NCBI GenBank assembly: GCA_965655095.1
Contig: OZ296649.1
Location: 80,290,001 to 80,354,000, forward strand
Length of the DNA: 64,000 bases
Direction of reading: 5' to 3'
Origin: Haplodiscus bocki
Lineage: Eukaryota
This document shows, piece by piece, positions 37,535 to 48,765 of this stretch. How positions within the stretch are numbered: the first letter of the stretch is position 1; each line of letters starts with the position of its first letter. The notes beneath the pieces are model-generated. The model was given only the letters and a program-made list of their open reading frames with translations. It was not told the DNA's origin and did no database searches. Position numbers and translations under genes: made by a program.

Positions 37535-38356
37535 ATGGAAAAGTATAATCTACTTCTCAGTTTGTGCTCGGATAACTTCAGTGCTTTGGAGCCAACGTCT
37601 GTGGAGGAGGCTGCCAAGTTTGACAGTCCCTGTATTGTGAAGGGAGTCGGTTGTTTTTACAAGTCAGTTCCGCATCAAGAGTTAGCGGTAAATTGTACCA
37701 ATATCCGTCAGTTACTGCGGTACTTTAAAAATTGGGGCGAGGAGAAGTATAATTTATGTGCATTTCCTGAAACAAGCGTATTGACTGCACTAATGCCGCG
37801 TATTGAAAATTTGCAAAGATATGACCCATGGTTTAACAGTGCTATAATACCCGTGAGTTCAGTTCATGACCCTATCGTCCTGGTAGCTACGGGTAATTGT
37901 GTAACTGGGTGGCACAGGGATGATGATCCTCCGACAGAAGTTATTGCCTCTCTTTTGCGGGGTCGAAAAATCTGGGTTTTTGCTTCCAAAGGGTCCAGGG
38001 AGGCTGCGCAGTTACCAAGTGTAAGAGAAGCTAACAATTTTGAATATTTTATTGAAGGAGTTATTTATAAGCGATTTCGGGGTCTAAAATATTGTGTGCA
38101 AGAAGTAGGAGACACTGTTTGTTTACCTTCTCGTACTGCCCATCTGGTTTTATCGGTGGGTCCAAATGAAAGTTGGAACGTGTTATTATCTCACAACATT
38201 CGTCATTCTCCTGCTGTTGCTGCAAGATTGGAGATCAGGTGCTGGAATGTGACTAGGGGGAGCAAAGAGCGTATCCATCAGGGATTACGTCGAAAACGTA
38301 GGGGCGTCACTCGAAAAAGGTTTGGCGCTCGAAAACATCGGACCGTTCCCAAATAA
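37535..38356 (+). CDS. JmjC-domain Fe(II)/2-oxoglutarate dioxygenase, antisense inside the Gypsy element
   Basis: Uninterrupted frame (37460-38356; first ATG 37535). CVTGWHRD (HxD), LLRGRKIWVF (2OG Lys), CVQEVGDTVCLPSRTAHLVLS (distal His), basic tail RRKRRGVTRKRFGARKHR. Confidence 0.88.
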   Translation: MEKYNLLLSLCSDNFSALEPTSVEEAAKFDSPCIVKGVGCFYKSVPHQELAVNCTNIRQLLRYFKNWGEEKYNLCAFPETSVLTALMPRIENLQRYDPWFNSAIIPVSSVHDPIVLVATGNCVTGWHRDDDPPTEVIASLLRGRKIWVFASKGSREAAQLPSVREANNFEYFIEGVIYKRFRGLKYCVQEVGDTVCLPSRTAHLVLSVGPNESWNVLLSHNIRHSPAVAARLEIRCWNVTRGSKERIHQGLRRKRRGVTRKRFGARKHRTVPK

Positions 38357-38974
38357 TTCGGTTAGTTTAATATTTGTTCTAAATGATGGTTAGGGGGCTC
38401 TGTTTTTTCGTTATGTTGTGTTTTTTGATTTTTGCATAATCTGAGATCCCGTATATCCTATTGAAACAAGCTTTGTATTAGGCGTTCGGAAAGGTATGAC
38501 GTGTTGGCCTCACCCACTAATCTTAGTCAGTCGAAGTCCGCGTTCGGTCTTTTTTATAGGGTGAACATTTTTTTGTTCAAAATTTTCAATAAATATAGTT
38601 GTTTTGAAAGCAATAGGTTAGGGCTAGTATCCTACTGTAATCGGCGTTCTCTGTGCTTGATGCTGAGCTGTATAGGACTGCACTAAAGTTTTTTAGTCTC
38701 TCAGTCGAAGTGCGCGTTCATTGATGACTAGCATGGTTTTTGGGTTTTTTTGGACTTCATTGCAATACTGGTTCCATTGTTATCAATGTAGCTAGGTAGC
38801 AACCTGTCCCTGACCGTTAGATACAGAAATATTTCATTCCGCACGTTTTCCGGGGTGTTTTTTTCGTTTTTGTGAACTCTTGTACTTTTTCTGGGCTTCA
38901 GCCAGTTGGGAATTTTTTTTCTTTTTTGGGCCTTTTTCTGTCTCTTTGCCAATCTTTTTCAGTTCAATGTCTGT

Positions 38975-39421
38975 TCAGGCGTTCCGTTTCAAGACCTTAT
39001 CGTTTCTAATACAAACTGTTATACATACACTCGTCCGTTGGAAAACTTCGTGTAGAATTTTGTGCACTATTGGTGGTTGAAGTTTGTCTAGGCCACATCC
39101 AAGTTCTGGTAGTCTAATGTTTTTCACGCGATGAGCCTCAGCGTGATTGCGCATCAAGACAAGGCTGTTCCTCAGTGCATCATAGAAGGGTTTGTGGAAG
39201 TATTTTTGTTTCGTTACCAAATTGTATATCCATCTTCGTGAATAAAAGTCGTAAAATGCTAACACTGATCCCGGTGTTAGTTTTTTTCAGGCTTCTGTCT
39301 TCATTTTTGGGTACAGTCGGTCGAATCGCTTAGCAATACCTGCTACCATAAAAAAATCTGAAGAAACACAATGTCCCATGCTAGATGAAGTTCCAAAAAG
39401 GTTGTCTTCTACTATTGTCAC
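38975..39421 (-). pseudogene. TARG1/OARD1 (Poa1p-like) macrodomain at the Pol C-terminus; one in-frame stop at 39287
   Basis: VEDNLF..SMGHCVSSDFFMVAGIAKRF..WIYNLVTK..IRLPELGCGLDKL. ORFs 39287-40270 and 38975-39265 are in the same frame. Confidence 0.9.
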
Positions 39422-42400
39422 TTGCGAGGTTTTCTTAGGTGCTTGTATTTCGTTCAAGTCAGTTCTATTCTTCTTCGAAGTCGTTCCTTCTCGGGTTGCT
39501 CCTAGTCTTTGTACAAACCGCATTTGCTGGCGTTGCTGTCGACAGTTATTGAGAAGATTCACAAAGTTTCTGCCTTGTACTGATTGTCCTTGATTTGTGC
39601 GTTTACTGCTTCGGGTTTGTTTGAGTTGTTGTCCTGCCACTTCAAGAACACGTTCACCTAACCGTTTGGTCTGTTGTTCTCGTATCCTTGTTGAGCGTCT
39701 CGGTGCTGTATTTTTTTCTGCATATTCATCAGATTCTTCTGAAGAGTCCGGCAACTGAGCTGTGAGGTACGGTGGTGGTGTAAGTATTCTTCTAGGTTGT
39801 TCAGCTCTAGGAGCTTCGTGAATTGATGCCGGTTCTGCTGTCACAGCCGCGGCGTCGGGTTGATTGACTATTTGTGCTGGCAGTGGTTGTGGAGGTTGCG
39901 CTCCGAAAGAAATTGAGACTCGAACTGGGCTGTCCAAATTCGGAATTTTCTTTTCCGGCGCCACTTGGTCATTATCCAGGAGATAAGGGAGACCGTTGTC
40001 AAAGAAGTCTTGATCGCCTCTGTAACATCCCAGTGTTGTTGGGTCTGTCTGAAAATTTTCAGGGTTGATGTCCTCTATGTCTGTTACCTGATATTGAGGC
40101 TTGATTGGACGTAGTCTAATTCGGTGGACAATTTGTGTATAATTCGTTCCAGTTTTTCTGATGAGATAATTAGCGGCGGTTAAAACTCTCTCCACTCTAT
40201 ACAGAGCAAGCCATTTCTGGATAAGTTTCGGGCTGAAAGCTGATTGTTCTGTGAGTCTAGGGTTCAGCAATAAGCAATATGTGTGTTGTGAGGGGATTTG
40301 CCCTTGCCTTTTGGTCGTAATATCTCCTGTATCTGTTAAAAGATTTCGCGAGACTTTCCTTTGTATTCTGGAATTTCTTCAACATTTCATCTCTCAGTGA
40401 TTCCACAAAGTCGTAGTTGAATGCTGATTTCTGGATACATTTACTGTAGAAGCGAATATCTAAAGGCTTCACCGGATCTCGTCCATGGAAGATCACCGTT
40501 GGTGCGCATCCAATTGAGGTATGATAAGATGTGTTATGGATGAATGTTGCTAAGTTTAAGTATTTATGCCAATTTGTGAAGGTGCGGTTGCAATTTAGTT
40601 TCAAAATTCGCGTTAGTGCTGCATGTGCTCTTTCCACGACACCTATTGTTTGCGGGTTCAATGATGCATGAGATATTTTGATTTCAAGTAGTTTGGTGAG
40701 TTCATGGAAAAGTTCAGACACAAACTGTGTGCCTAAATCTGAGAGTATTTCCTGTGGTATGTAACTGTGTTGGAACATAATGGAGACTAGGGCGGTTGCC
40801 ACTGAGAGTGCACTGATTGTGGTCAGTGGGACTGCAAAAAGGTATTTAGTGAAAACATCAATAGCTTTCAGCACATACTTGTATGGTGACGATGGAAATG
40901 GTCCCAGAATGTCTATCTGCATAAGGTCGCCTGGGTAAGATTTCAATGTCGAAACCTCTTGCAGTGGTGTTTTTAGTCTCTGGGGTTGTACCTGTTTCAG
41001 TTGCAGGCACGTGGAACAGTTTCTGATACAGTCTGCAATTAATTCCACATAGTTTGGGCAATAAAAGCGTTTTCTGAATTCCTCGATGGTCCGCGTGATT
41101 CCCAAATGTCCTCCAGTTGAAGCGTTGTGTAGTCTGTACATAACTTCTTTGAGTATTGTTTTTGGTACACACAATTGTTTGTACAGCATTTTTCCATCGT
41201 GTGCGTAGTATCGTCTGTAAAGTGTTCCATCTTCTGTAAATAATCGTCGAAACTGTTTGAGGTATTTTTGTTCTTCTCCGGTAGAGTAGATGTTCGCTGT
41301 AGGTGCAGAATCACTTTCCAACCATTTGATCACTTTTGTGATCACCGAGTCAGAATTTTGTTCCTGTTTTAAGTTAGCTATTGTTGTTTCCAATTCGGGA
41401 TAGTCGTCCATTGGGTTTTTGTGCTGAGTTGCATTAATTTCTGTTGTTTTCTTCTTGTATTTCGTGATTCGTAGTTCACAGTTTGAAGTCAAATTCTGTA
41501 ACTGGTGTACGGCCTGGTCATAGTTTCCAGATTGTTTGAGTGTGATCAATGTGTTTATATCTACTACTTGAAGTAGGTCAACAGGTAAGTCATCTGCAAA
41601 GAGCTCATTGATGGTATTGTCTGGTAGCTGTGCTCGTACGTCTATTTCAATTTCTCTAATCGGGATTCTGTCTGTCAGTTTTAATTCAAGAGTTTCGTTT
41701 GGATTTTATTGCAAGCGAGATAGAAAATCTGCGGCTGCATTCGCTTTTCCTGGAATGTGTGTTACTACTATGTTGAATGCTGTAACTCTGTCAACATAAT
41801 TCCAAAGTGATGGGGGAATTGTTTCGGCTTGGAAGAATCTGGTCAAACTTTTGTTGTCAGTCAGTATGAGTACTGGTTTTTCAATTCCCCATATGAAATG
41901 AGAAAACATTTCCAAGGCAAAGTAAAGAGATAAGAATTCCTTGCAGTATATTGACATTTTTAGGTGCGCTGTATTGAAAACTTTAGATCCGAATGAGACA
42001 GGTGCATACGATTTAACAGTTTCTCCTTTGTTGATATTGACGTAGTCTTCGATCATTAGTACAAACCCGCTGGAGTGGTAACTAGCGTCACCAAGAATGG
42101 CGTATTGCAGTCCCGGTTTGGCGAGTCGAAGAGTTTGTGTTGTGGTGGTTTGGAGTTTTTCTCGTAGTACTTTAAATGCATTCTCGATTTCATCTGTAAT
42201 TTCGAAAGAGACATTTTTACGCAAAAAGTTGTAGAAGGGTATGAGGTGTTCGTTTAGGTTCGGGATGAAGCTTCGAAAGAATTGTATGAAACCTATTAGC
42301 CGTTTTACTTGTTTCACTGATTTTGGTATTTCAAGGTTTCTCAAACTTTTCGATTTTGTCTTTTTCAGGTCGTAAGCCCTCTTTAGTTATGACACTTCCA

Positions 42401-44259
42401 AGGAAACTAACTTTTTCTGATCCAAAAACACATTTTTCTGGCGATAAATTGAGTCCTGATCTGCGTAAGCATTTGAAGATAAGTCGTAAATTGGGTATGA
42501 GTTGTTCAACTGATTCCACTCCACATCCAATATCATCCATGAACTGTGTGCAAATATTTGCTGAGAGACATAGCTCTAAGTAATTTCTCACAAAAGCACT
42601 GAAGCCTGTAACTGATCTGTTCAGACCTCTAGCTAGTCTTTGGTAAGCCATAGTTCGGGAAGCAAAATTGAAAGCAAGTAGCTGGACCGAAAGAGGGTCA
42701 GCCATTTGTACACAATGGTAGGCTTGAGAGCAATCTAATTTACAAAAGATTGATTTTCCGGCGAAATGTGCTGTGGTGTCTGCCATTGTTGAAATCGGGA
42801 AATTGTTGTTATGATAATCATGTAAGAGAAGGTGGTTGATTCGGCGTAGGTCCACTAGAATTCTGAGTTCTCCATTTGGTTTGCGGTGTGCAAAGATTGG
42901 GCTACTGTATTTTGAATGATTGAGGCTTGTAATGATTCCGAAATATTGTAGGAGGGCAAGCTCTACTTGTAGTTCTTCACGTAAGTGGATCGGCGTTGGT
43001 GGGCTTTGGGTGTAGAACGGTTGGTCATGTTCTGGGGTTAGCTTCATTGAAATCTCGGAATTATATCCAACATCAAATCTATGTTTAGCAAAAATATCCG
43101 AAAATTCTATCAATAAGTCTTCAACTTGCTGTTTTTCAACCACTTTAAGTATAGATTCATTCCATTTGAATCTCTGTAGAAACTGGTTACGGTGTTCATC
43201 ATTAATGTGTGGGTCTATACTGTCTAGTTGCCTTAGCTTCTCTAGTTCGTTGTAGACACCTCTCAACACCTCTTCTCAACACCTTTCAGTGCTGTGGGGT
43301 TCTTGCATGTTTCTGGCGTTGGGAACCAGATGCTTTTGTAGTCGGGTTTCGGTCTAAGTGGTTGAGAATCTGCATTAAATTCTTCGTCAATTATCAGTTG
43401 GTTGATTTCTTTCTCAAAGTCGTCTAGATTTTTGAATTTGGCCAATGTTGGTAGTTGTGGCTCTATCGGGGTTAATGTTTCCGCTTGTTGGGGTGAGAGA
43501 AATTTAAAAAGTGCAATGTCCGAAATTCGGGGAAGAGTGATCTCATTGGTTTGGAGGTTTAAGGCAGATAAGTAAAAGTTTCCTTCAGAGTCAGTTCGTG
43601 ATAATGAAGAAGTGAGGCACAGTCCTGTTTTTTCTTCAAAACTTACTTTTGGTTTGACCATACCACATACATCAGCAAGTCGTTTGTTTTTCGTTTGGAG
43701 ATTGCATTTACCAGTGTTGTTTGTTGGTTGGGGGCAATGACGCATTTTTCCATTGTTCTGATAGTGTATTGGGGTTTTCCGGTTTTATCTGTTTGTGTTG
43801 ATATTTCGTTCAACTGAAGCGTCAAGTCTGGTAATTTCATCAGGTTTTCTCGTGGCTAGAGCTCAAAGGAGTTAATTTTGAAAAATCGGTTTCCCAAAAT
43901 AATGCTATTCGTTGTTGGGAGTACTAAAAATTGTTCTTTGAAATGGTTTTATGCTTTTGCAAAATCGAGCTGGATTTGGCCACGCACAGGTATAAGTTGT
44001 CCTGAAGCTAGTTTTACTTTATTGACTTCAGAAGGTCGTGAGATGATTGCTGTTGTTCCGAAAATTGATTTCAGGTCCTCGTAGTCCTTTTCACTGATCG
44101 CATTTGCACAGGAACCAGTATCTATCAGTGCTTTCCTTTGTTGGTTGTTAGGAAACTTCAGTGGAACATACGGTAGGACATCACCTTCAAGAGAAATGCA
44201 TGCTGTTATTTCATTTGGTTCATCCGTCGTTTCTCGTTGTTTTTCACACTGGCGTGGCT

Positions 44260-45354
44260 TCACTCGTTTTTTGGTGCGGTTTGGTATGGTATTTGTTGGT
44301 CTCTATTGGCTGGTCTCCGTTTGTTACAATCTCTTGCATAGTGGTTTGGGTAACCACAAATGTAACATATCTGTTTAGATTATGTAGTTTCCGCTATATG
44401 CTCTTGGTTGCTCGTTTGCTGGATTTGAGGTGAGTTATAGTTGGGATAGAAGCTGTAGTCCGTACGGTTTTGATTACCATTGAAAAAACCTGTTATTATT
44501 GAAGCGCCCTCGTCCTCTGTTGTTGGCATATCCTCGTCCTCTGAATCCTCGTTGATTGTTGAACCGGTAATTGCCGCGTTGTGAGGGGTTAAAACCATTG
44601 TTACTAGTAGTGGAATTTTGATGGCTTGGGAGGTTCAGAGAGTTGATTCTATTAGATAAGTCTGTTTGTTGCTGTTTCAGTTCATCTTGTTGCTGTGTAA
44701 GTTTTGTTAGTGCCCCTACTAAGTTTTCGGAAAGTGTTGAACTAACCTCATTGAAGGCAACTCTCGTCCAGTCGTCACTTGGACAAAGTTCGAAGAATAC
44801 CAATTGGCGTCTTGCAACTGTACAAAAGTCTTGCACCGTTGCTGCCTCATTTTGGTCCAGTAGTTTTCTTTTGATAAAATTTGGCATGGCGTTCGTGAAG
44901 ATCTCCTTGATTCTCCTGTTTCGCTCATTAACTGCATTGTCTAGTACCGCTTGGTTTGAACTACAATTGGTGGTAACACTTGGTCTGGGTAAGCTTGTGT
45001 TGCTTTTCTCTGCACTTGTACCAAGAAGTCTTCTGGACTACCATGCTTGTGGTCAAATTTTAAGTTGTGAAGCTGTAGTTTGTGGAGTTCTCGGAGGTTT
45101 GGGTTGCAGTAATGATTTCTCAGTGCCGTTATTGCTGCATCAAAGTCATCTCTGGTTGCTTGTGGCAATGTTCTGAAGAACTGCAGGGCTTGATCTAGTA
45201 AGTGAAGTTGAAGAAACTAGGGTCGGTTGGCATTTGGGATATTGCCAACATTGATGAGACTTTTGAGAAGACTTTCGAAATCTGGCCAGTTTTCATCGGC
45301 TTTTCCGCGGAATGGGTTGAGAGTAATATGTGGTTGTGGGTTTGCTGCTGCCAT
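44260..45354 (-). pseudogene. gag: gag with RG-rich region and CCHC zinc knuckle, disrupted
   Basis: ATG at 45354 MAAANPQPHITLNPFRG; LQFFRTLPQATRDDFDAAITALRNHY; CYICGYPNHYARDC at ~44325-44370; TGA at 44260-44262. Confidence 0.9.
44266..44272 (-). promoter_or_regulatory. -1 ribosomal frameshift slippery site A AAA AAC
   Basis: Minus strand CCA AAA AAC GAG TGA at the end of gag; the protease ORF is in the -1 frame. Confidence 0.8.
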
Positions 45355-45384
45355 CGTTTTCGAATAGTTGTATTCCTCACTTCC

Positions 45385-45396
45385 TCCTTGTCACCA
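45385..45396 (-). promoter_or_regulatory. Primer binding site, probably tRNA-Ser(GCU)
   Basis: TGGTGACAAGGA abuts the 5' LTR. It differs from the complement of a typical animal tRNA-Ser(GCU) 3' end (TGGCGACGAGGA) at two CpG transitions. Confidence 0.7.
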
Positions 45397-45904
45397 TGTA
45401 AAATTTCTTGGGTTTTGTCTTTTGTTTGAAAATGGGATTCAGTCCTTTACTAGTTGGAAGACTTTGATTTATTTTTTAGTGGCAATCTTCAGTGCGTGGT
45501 GTGAGGAAGAAAACTCTGTTGAAGCTTTGAAGAATTAATTTCAGGCATACAGGCAACTATTTAGCAGCAATCCCTGAAGAGCTCTCTCTTTTAAATCTCT
45601 TTTTTTTGCAGCTTTATAAATTATCCAATCTATTTTTTGTCATCATGCGGAAATTATAATTCATTAAAAGTTTTATACTCAATATCTCTTCTTTACATTT
45701 AATTTCCATGCGGATATTAGGTATTTGTTTCTTTTCCACTGGTTTATTGGTTGTCTATTTCTCCGGATGTTAGTGTTTCCGATGAGGGGAGGGTTCCTTG
45801 TCTTTTAAACTCCAAGAAATTTAATAGCGCCAAGATTTCATGTTTTTCAAAATTAATCAAATTAAGATCATGCTTCAAAATAAAATACTCATCAGAATAT
45901 TACA
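45397..45904 (-). repeat. 5' LTR (508 bp)
   Basis: Direct repeat of 32736-33242; flanked by the PBS and the TSD. Confidence 0.97.
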
Positions 45905-45909
45905 ACATC

Positions 45910-46356
45910 TTCAACAACGCTCCTATAGGACGACTGGCGATTGCTAAGAACACCAACGCGGCGTTCACTGGTTCACTGAAAACTAACCCTTTTCATTACC
46001 AAAAATTTAGTCTTCGATCAATTCGGATAGTTCGAGGTAGTCATGTTGTTGTGGATATGGATACCACAGATGATGTACAGTCCTACTTAACTACCATGAG
46101 GGCTTTAAACTTTGATGAAGATGGTCCTGGCATCCCTCTGCAGGAATACCTTGAGCACTTCTTTCAAGTGTTTGATCTCACTTCCACTCAAGAAGCAAAT
46201 GTTCAGATTTATTACCCTGACGTTGTCGCAGCCAGTTTGACATTGGAATTGTATTTTACTTCCCGTCTTCCTTCAGCCACAGAGGTAACTGTTTTCGGAG
46301 AGCGACTTTCGACTTTTTTCATTGACAGAATTGGGACTGTTGTGAAAAATGGATAA
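45910..46356 (+). pseudogene. Polinton major capsid protein, 3' part
   Basis: FNNAPIGRLAIAKNTNAAFTGSLKTNPFHYQKF..FQVFDLTSTQ..LTLELYF; joins the 5' part in frame once the insertion is removed. Confidence 0.92.
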
Positions 46357-46752
46357 TGATCAACTTGCTAGAACAATTTCCAGTATTGGAACTCTGAAAC
46401 ACAAGTATATAGGATCGTTCCTCGCTGATATAATTCCCAAAAATCTTCGTCCAGATTCGTTTTTTATAAGCAACACCGAAAACCGTAAAAGACCCGGTTC
46501 ACATTGGGTTATGGCAGCCAAAAAGATGGAAGTGTTTATTTTCGAGACTCAATTGGGAATGGCCCGATGTTTTATCGCAACATAGTTTTGAAACATTCCG
46601 ATTCTCCCAAGATTCTGAATCGTGTAGAATTACAAACAGAACCTTTGTGTGGCCTATATTGTATTTATATCGCATTTTCGTTGTTCTCAAACTTTCACCT
46701 ATACAATGTCGATGATAATTTTATCTTACGTTTTTTTGCGGAGACACTCTAG
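46349..46752 (+). pseudogene. Adenain-like cysteine protease, one frameshift
   Basis: ISNT..PGSHWV (His), VYFRDSIG (Asp), LQTEPLCGLYCIY (Gln/Cys). Confidence 0.92.
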
Positions 46753-46974
46753 AATGTATATCCACGTAACAAGGGAAAATTTTATATGTTTGTTCCAAAA
46801 CAATTGTCTCGTCAAAAAATGTTCTCTCTAAAAGTTCGTCTTTTCAATTCTTATGTTAAGAAGAAGAAATTAGAGAGAAGATTCTAAAAATTAGTTGAAA
46901 TCACTGAGTCAAAATGGATACATAACAAAAGAAATAAAAAAGACTTAAAACATCATATGTTTTGAAAAGAAAAG

Positions 46975-47848
46975 TCAAAAATCCCACGTTCTGCCTTCAA
47001 ATGAAAATATTCTTGATACTTCCCGCATTCGATTTCGACGAGGAGCCTGGGGAAATCGAGTATGTTCACTACTGTCATTGAGAAGTGGTGTTGTTGGAAG
47101 TGCTTGGTTGGTACGCACAGATTGTTCCGGTGCTCCCAGAACCAGCACCTCGGCTTGTTCATCATCACTGTTCGTCCAGTCTCCACCCAACGGAGGTCTG
47201 TAGCCAGGAGGGTAGCTGCTGGTTACTTCCTCGGGGAAGATGGAAGGAGTACCGATTTCCAGGTCAGTAGCGCCCACTCCCCGAAAAAAATACACCGCTT
47301 CTCTTTCCTGTTGCCCATGCTCCAAGTTCGGTCGAACTTCTTTTCGAGAGAGTTGGACTTCTGCAAATTGTTGCCTGATAACAAACGGTAAGTTTCCAAC
47401 ATCCTCCACAATCTGCATTCGGTAGGCGGGCTGAAGACTCGCGTTTGCCTGATACGTGGTAAAAACTACGTCGAAATTTACATCCACCGACGATCCATTC
47501 GTCAGATTGTGGCTTCAGCGGGACCACAACCAAGTATGTTGCATACGGAATAAAGTTTCTGGAATCACAAAGTTTTCAAAACAATCACTGCCTGTCTCCA
47601 AAGATTGTCTCAGAATAAGAACTTCGCGGCTGGCTGGATTCAGGAAAAAGTACAAAATTTGCGCACGAAACTGGTCTATGTACCTTATAAACTGGCATTT
47701 TCTTTGCAGATTGAATGGAATTGGAGAATGAATAGAAAGGAAATCGAGATGTCAATGAATTTGGAGTGAAAACTAAACGAATTCCAGAATGGAAAACCAA
47801 TTTGAATGCTTCCTGCAGTGAGATTCAATCGTCATTAAATTCGCTCAT
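46975..47848 (-). pseudogene. Uncharacterised Polinton ORF, disrupted
   Basis: ATG 47848 is in frame with 47585-47800 and leads into open segments 47264-47533 and 46975-47487. TATAAATA lies just upstream on the minus strand. Confidence 0.45.
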
Positions 47849-48765
47849 TTGCAACAGCTGTATTTATACGATATAATGTCTACTCAGGCGTGAAGAATTT
47901 CAAATTTTCAAATACTGAATAAAATCTAATAAATTAACTATCGACCAATCGGATTACTCGTTGGACATGATGTTTTGCTAAGACGCCACCCAGCGAACAT
48001 GCGTCAAAAAAATCGAATTTCCTGTGAAATGAAACTTGTGAATAAAATTTACACAAAATAACTTTCCACCAATGATAATCCTGGAGAAATTAATGCAGTC
48101 TGTCGCCATCTAGCGAGTAAGTAGAAAATAATATAAAGTTCGAATGAAAAATCTATTTTCAAAGACACGTTGAAGTGAAACAGTCTACAAATCAAAATTT
48201 GAATTGGCATGTGGGAGTTTGGACCTCTTTCCTTTATTCTTCGAAAAGTATAGCAAAAACTCTTTTCTTATTTACCTACCAAAATTTCCTTCCAGTCTTC
48301 AATTTTTCGAACAATTCGTTGTTTGTGAACATCGCGCTGACTTTTGCAAAGTCCCAAATTGTCAATACCATCTTCTCTTCCACGACAAATCATTAGATGT
48401 GGCTTCTTTCAATCTTGATATGAACTGCGATTTCTCATACCAAAGCGTTGATTGCCTATTTACCACATTCAAGTATTAGTTCCCTTGTATTATACATATT
48501 CAAGGTTTCGTGTTCCAAAAACTGTTATTACCTACTGACTTCCACAGATCTCTAAAGTTTCCAGCCTAACAAATGTGAGTTGCACGAAAAAATACGACTC
48601 CGACGAAAAAAGTTCAGAAAAGGGAATTTCTGCAAAAAGAATAACTTCTGTTTCTCGAACAAATCAAACAGCAGATTTATTGCTGAAAATTAGTTGAATT
48701 CTCAATTCAGTAAAGCGCCAGGAGTTCCTGCAAACTGTTTCCGATTTATCATCGTCCCTTCAATA

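Larger units (their letters stand above)
38975..44272 (-). pseudogene. pol: pol polyprotein (PR, spacer, RT, RNase H, IN, GPY/F-like, linker, macrodomain), multiple disablements
   Basis: PR ALIDTGS. RT ILVDLRRIN, KLDCSQAY, FMDD. RH GDAS, TDNKSL, ANAAADFLSR. IN H..GGH..C..C, QIDILGP, SDLGTQF, VERAH. Confidence 0.95.
32736..45904 (-). mobile_element. Ty3/Gypsy LTR retrotransposon with env and accessory genes (13169 bp)
   Basis: TG...CA LTRs at 32736-33242 and 45397-45904. 5-bp TSD ACATC at 32731-32735 and 45905-45909. Domain order gag-PR-RT-RH-IN, then env. Confidence 0.97.

Noticed and set aside
37535-38356. JmjC intactness as evidence of host domestication
   Set aside because: pol carries roughly one disablement per 600 bp, so an open ~820-bp frame is not unlikely by chance.
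44643-45176. 177-aa + strand ORF and similar antisense ORFs over gag, pol and CHDH
   Set aside because: Shadow frames of real coding sequence on the opposite strand.
45751-46356. 201-aa ORF as an LTR-initiated fusion protein
   Set aside because: Non-ATG start in the antisense LTR reading by chance into the capsid 3' half.
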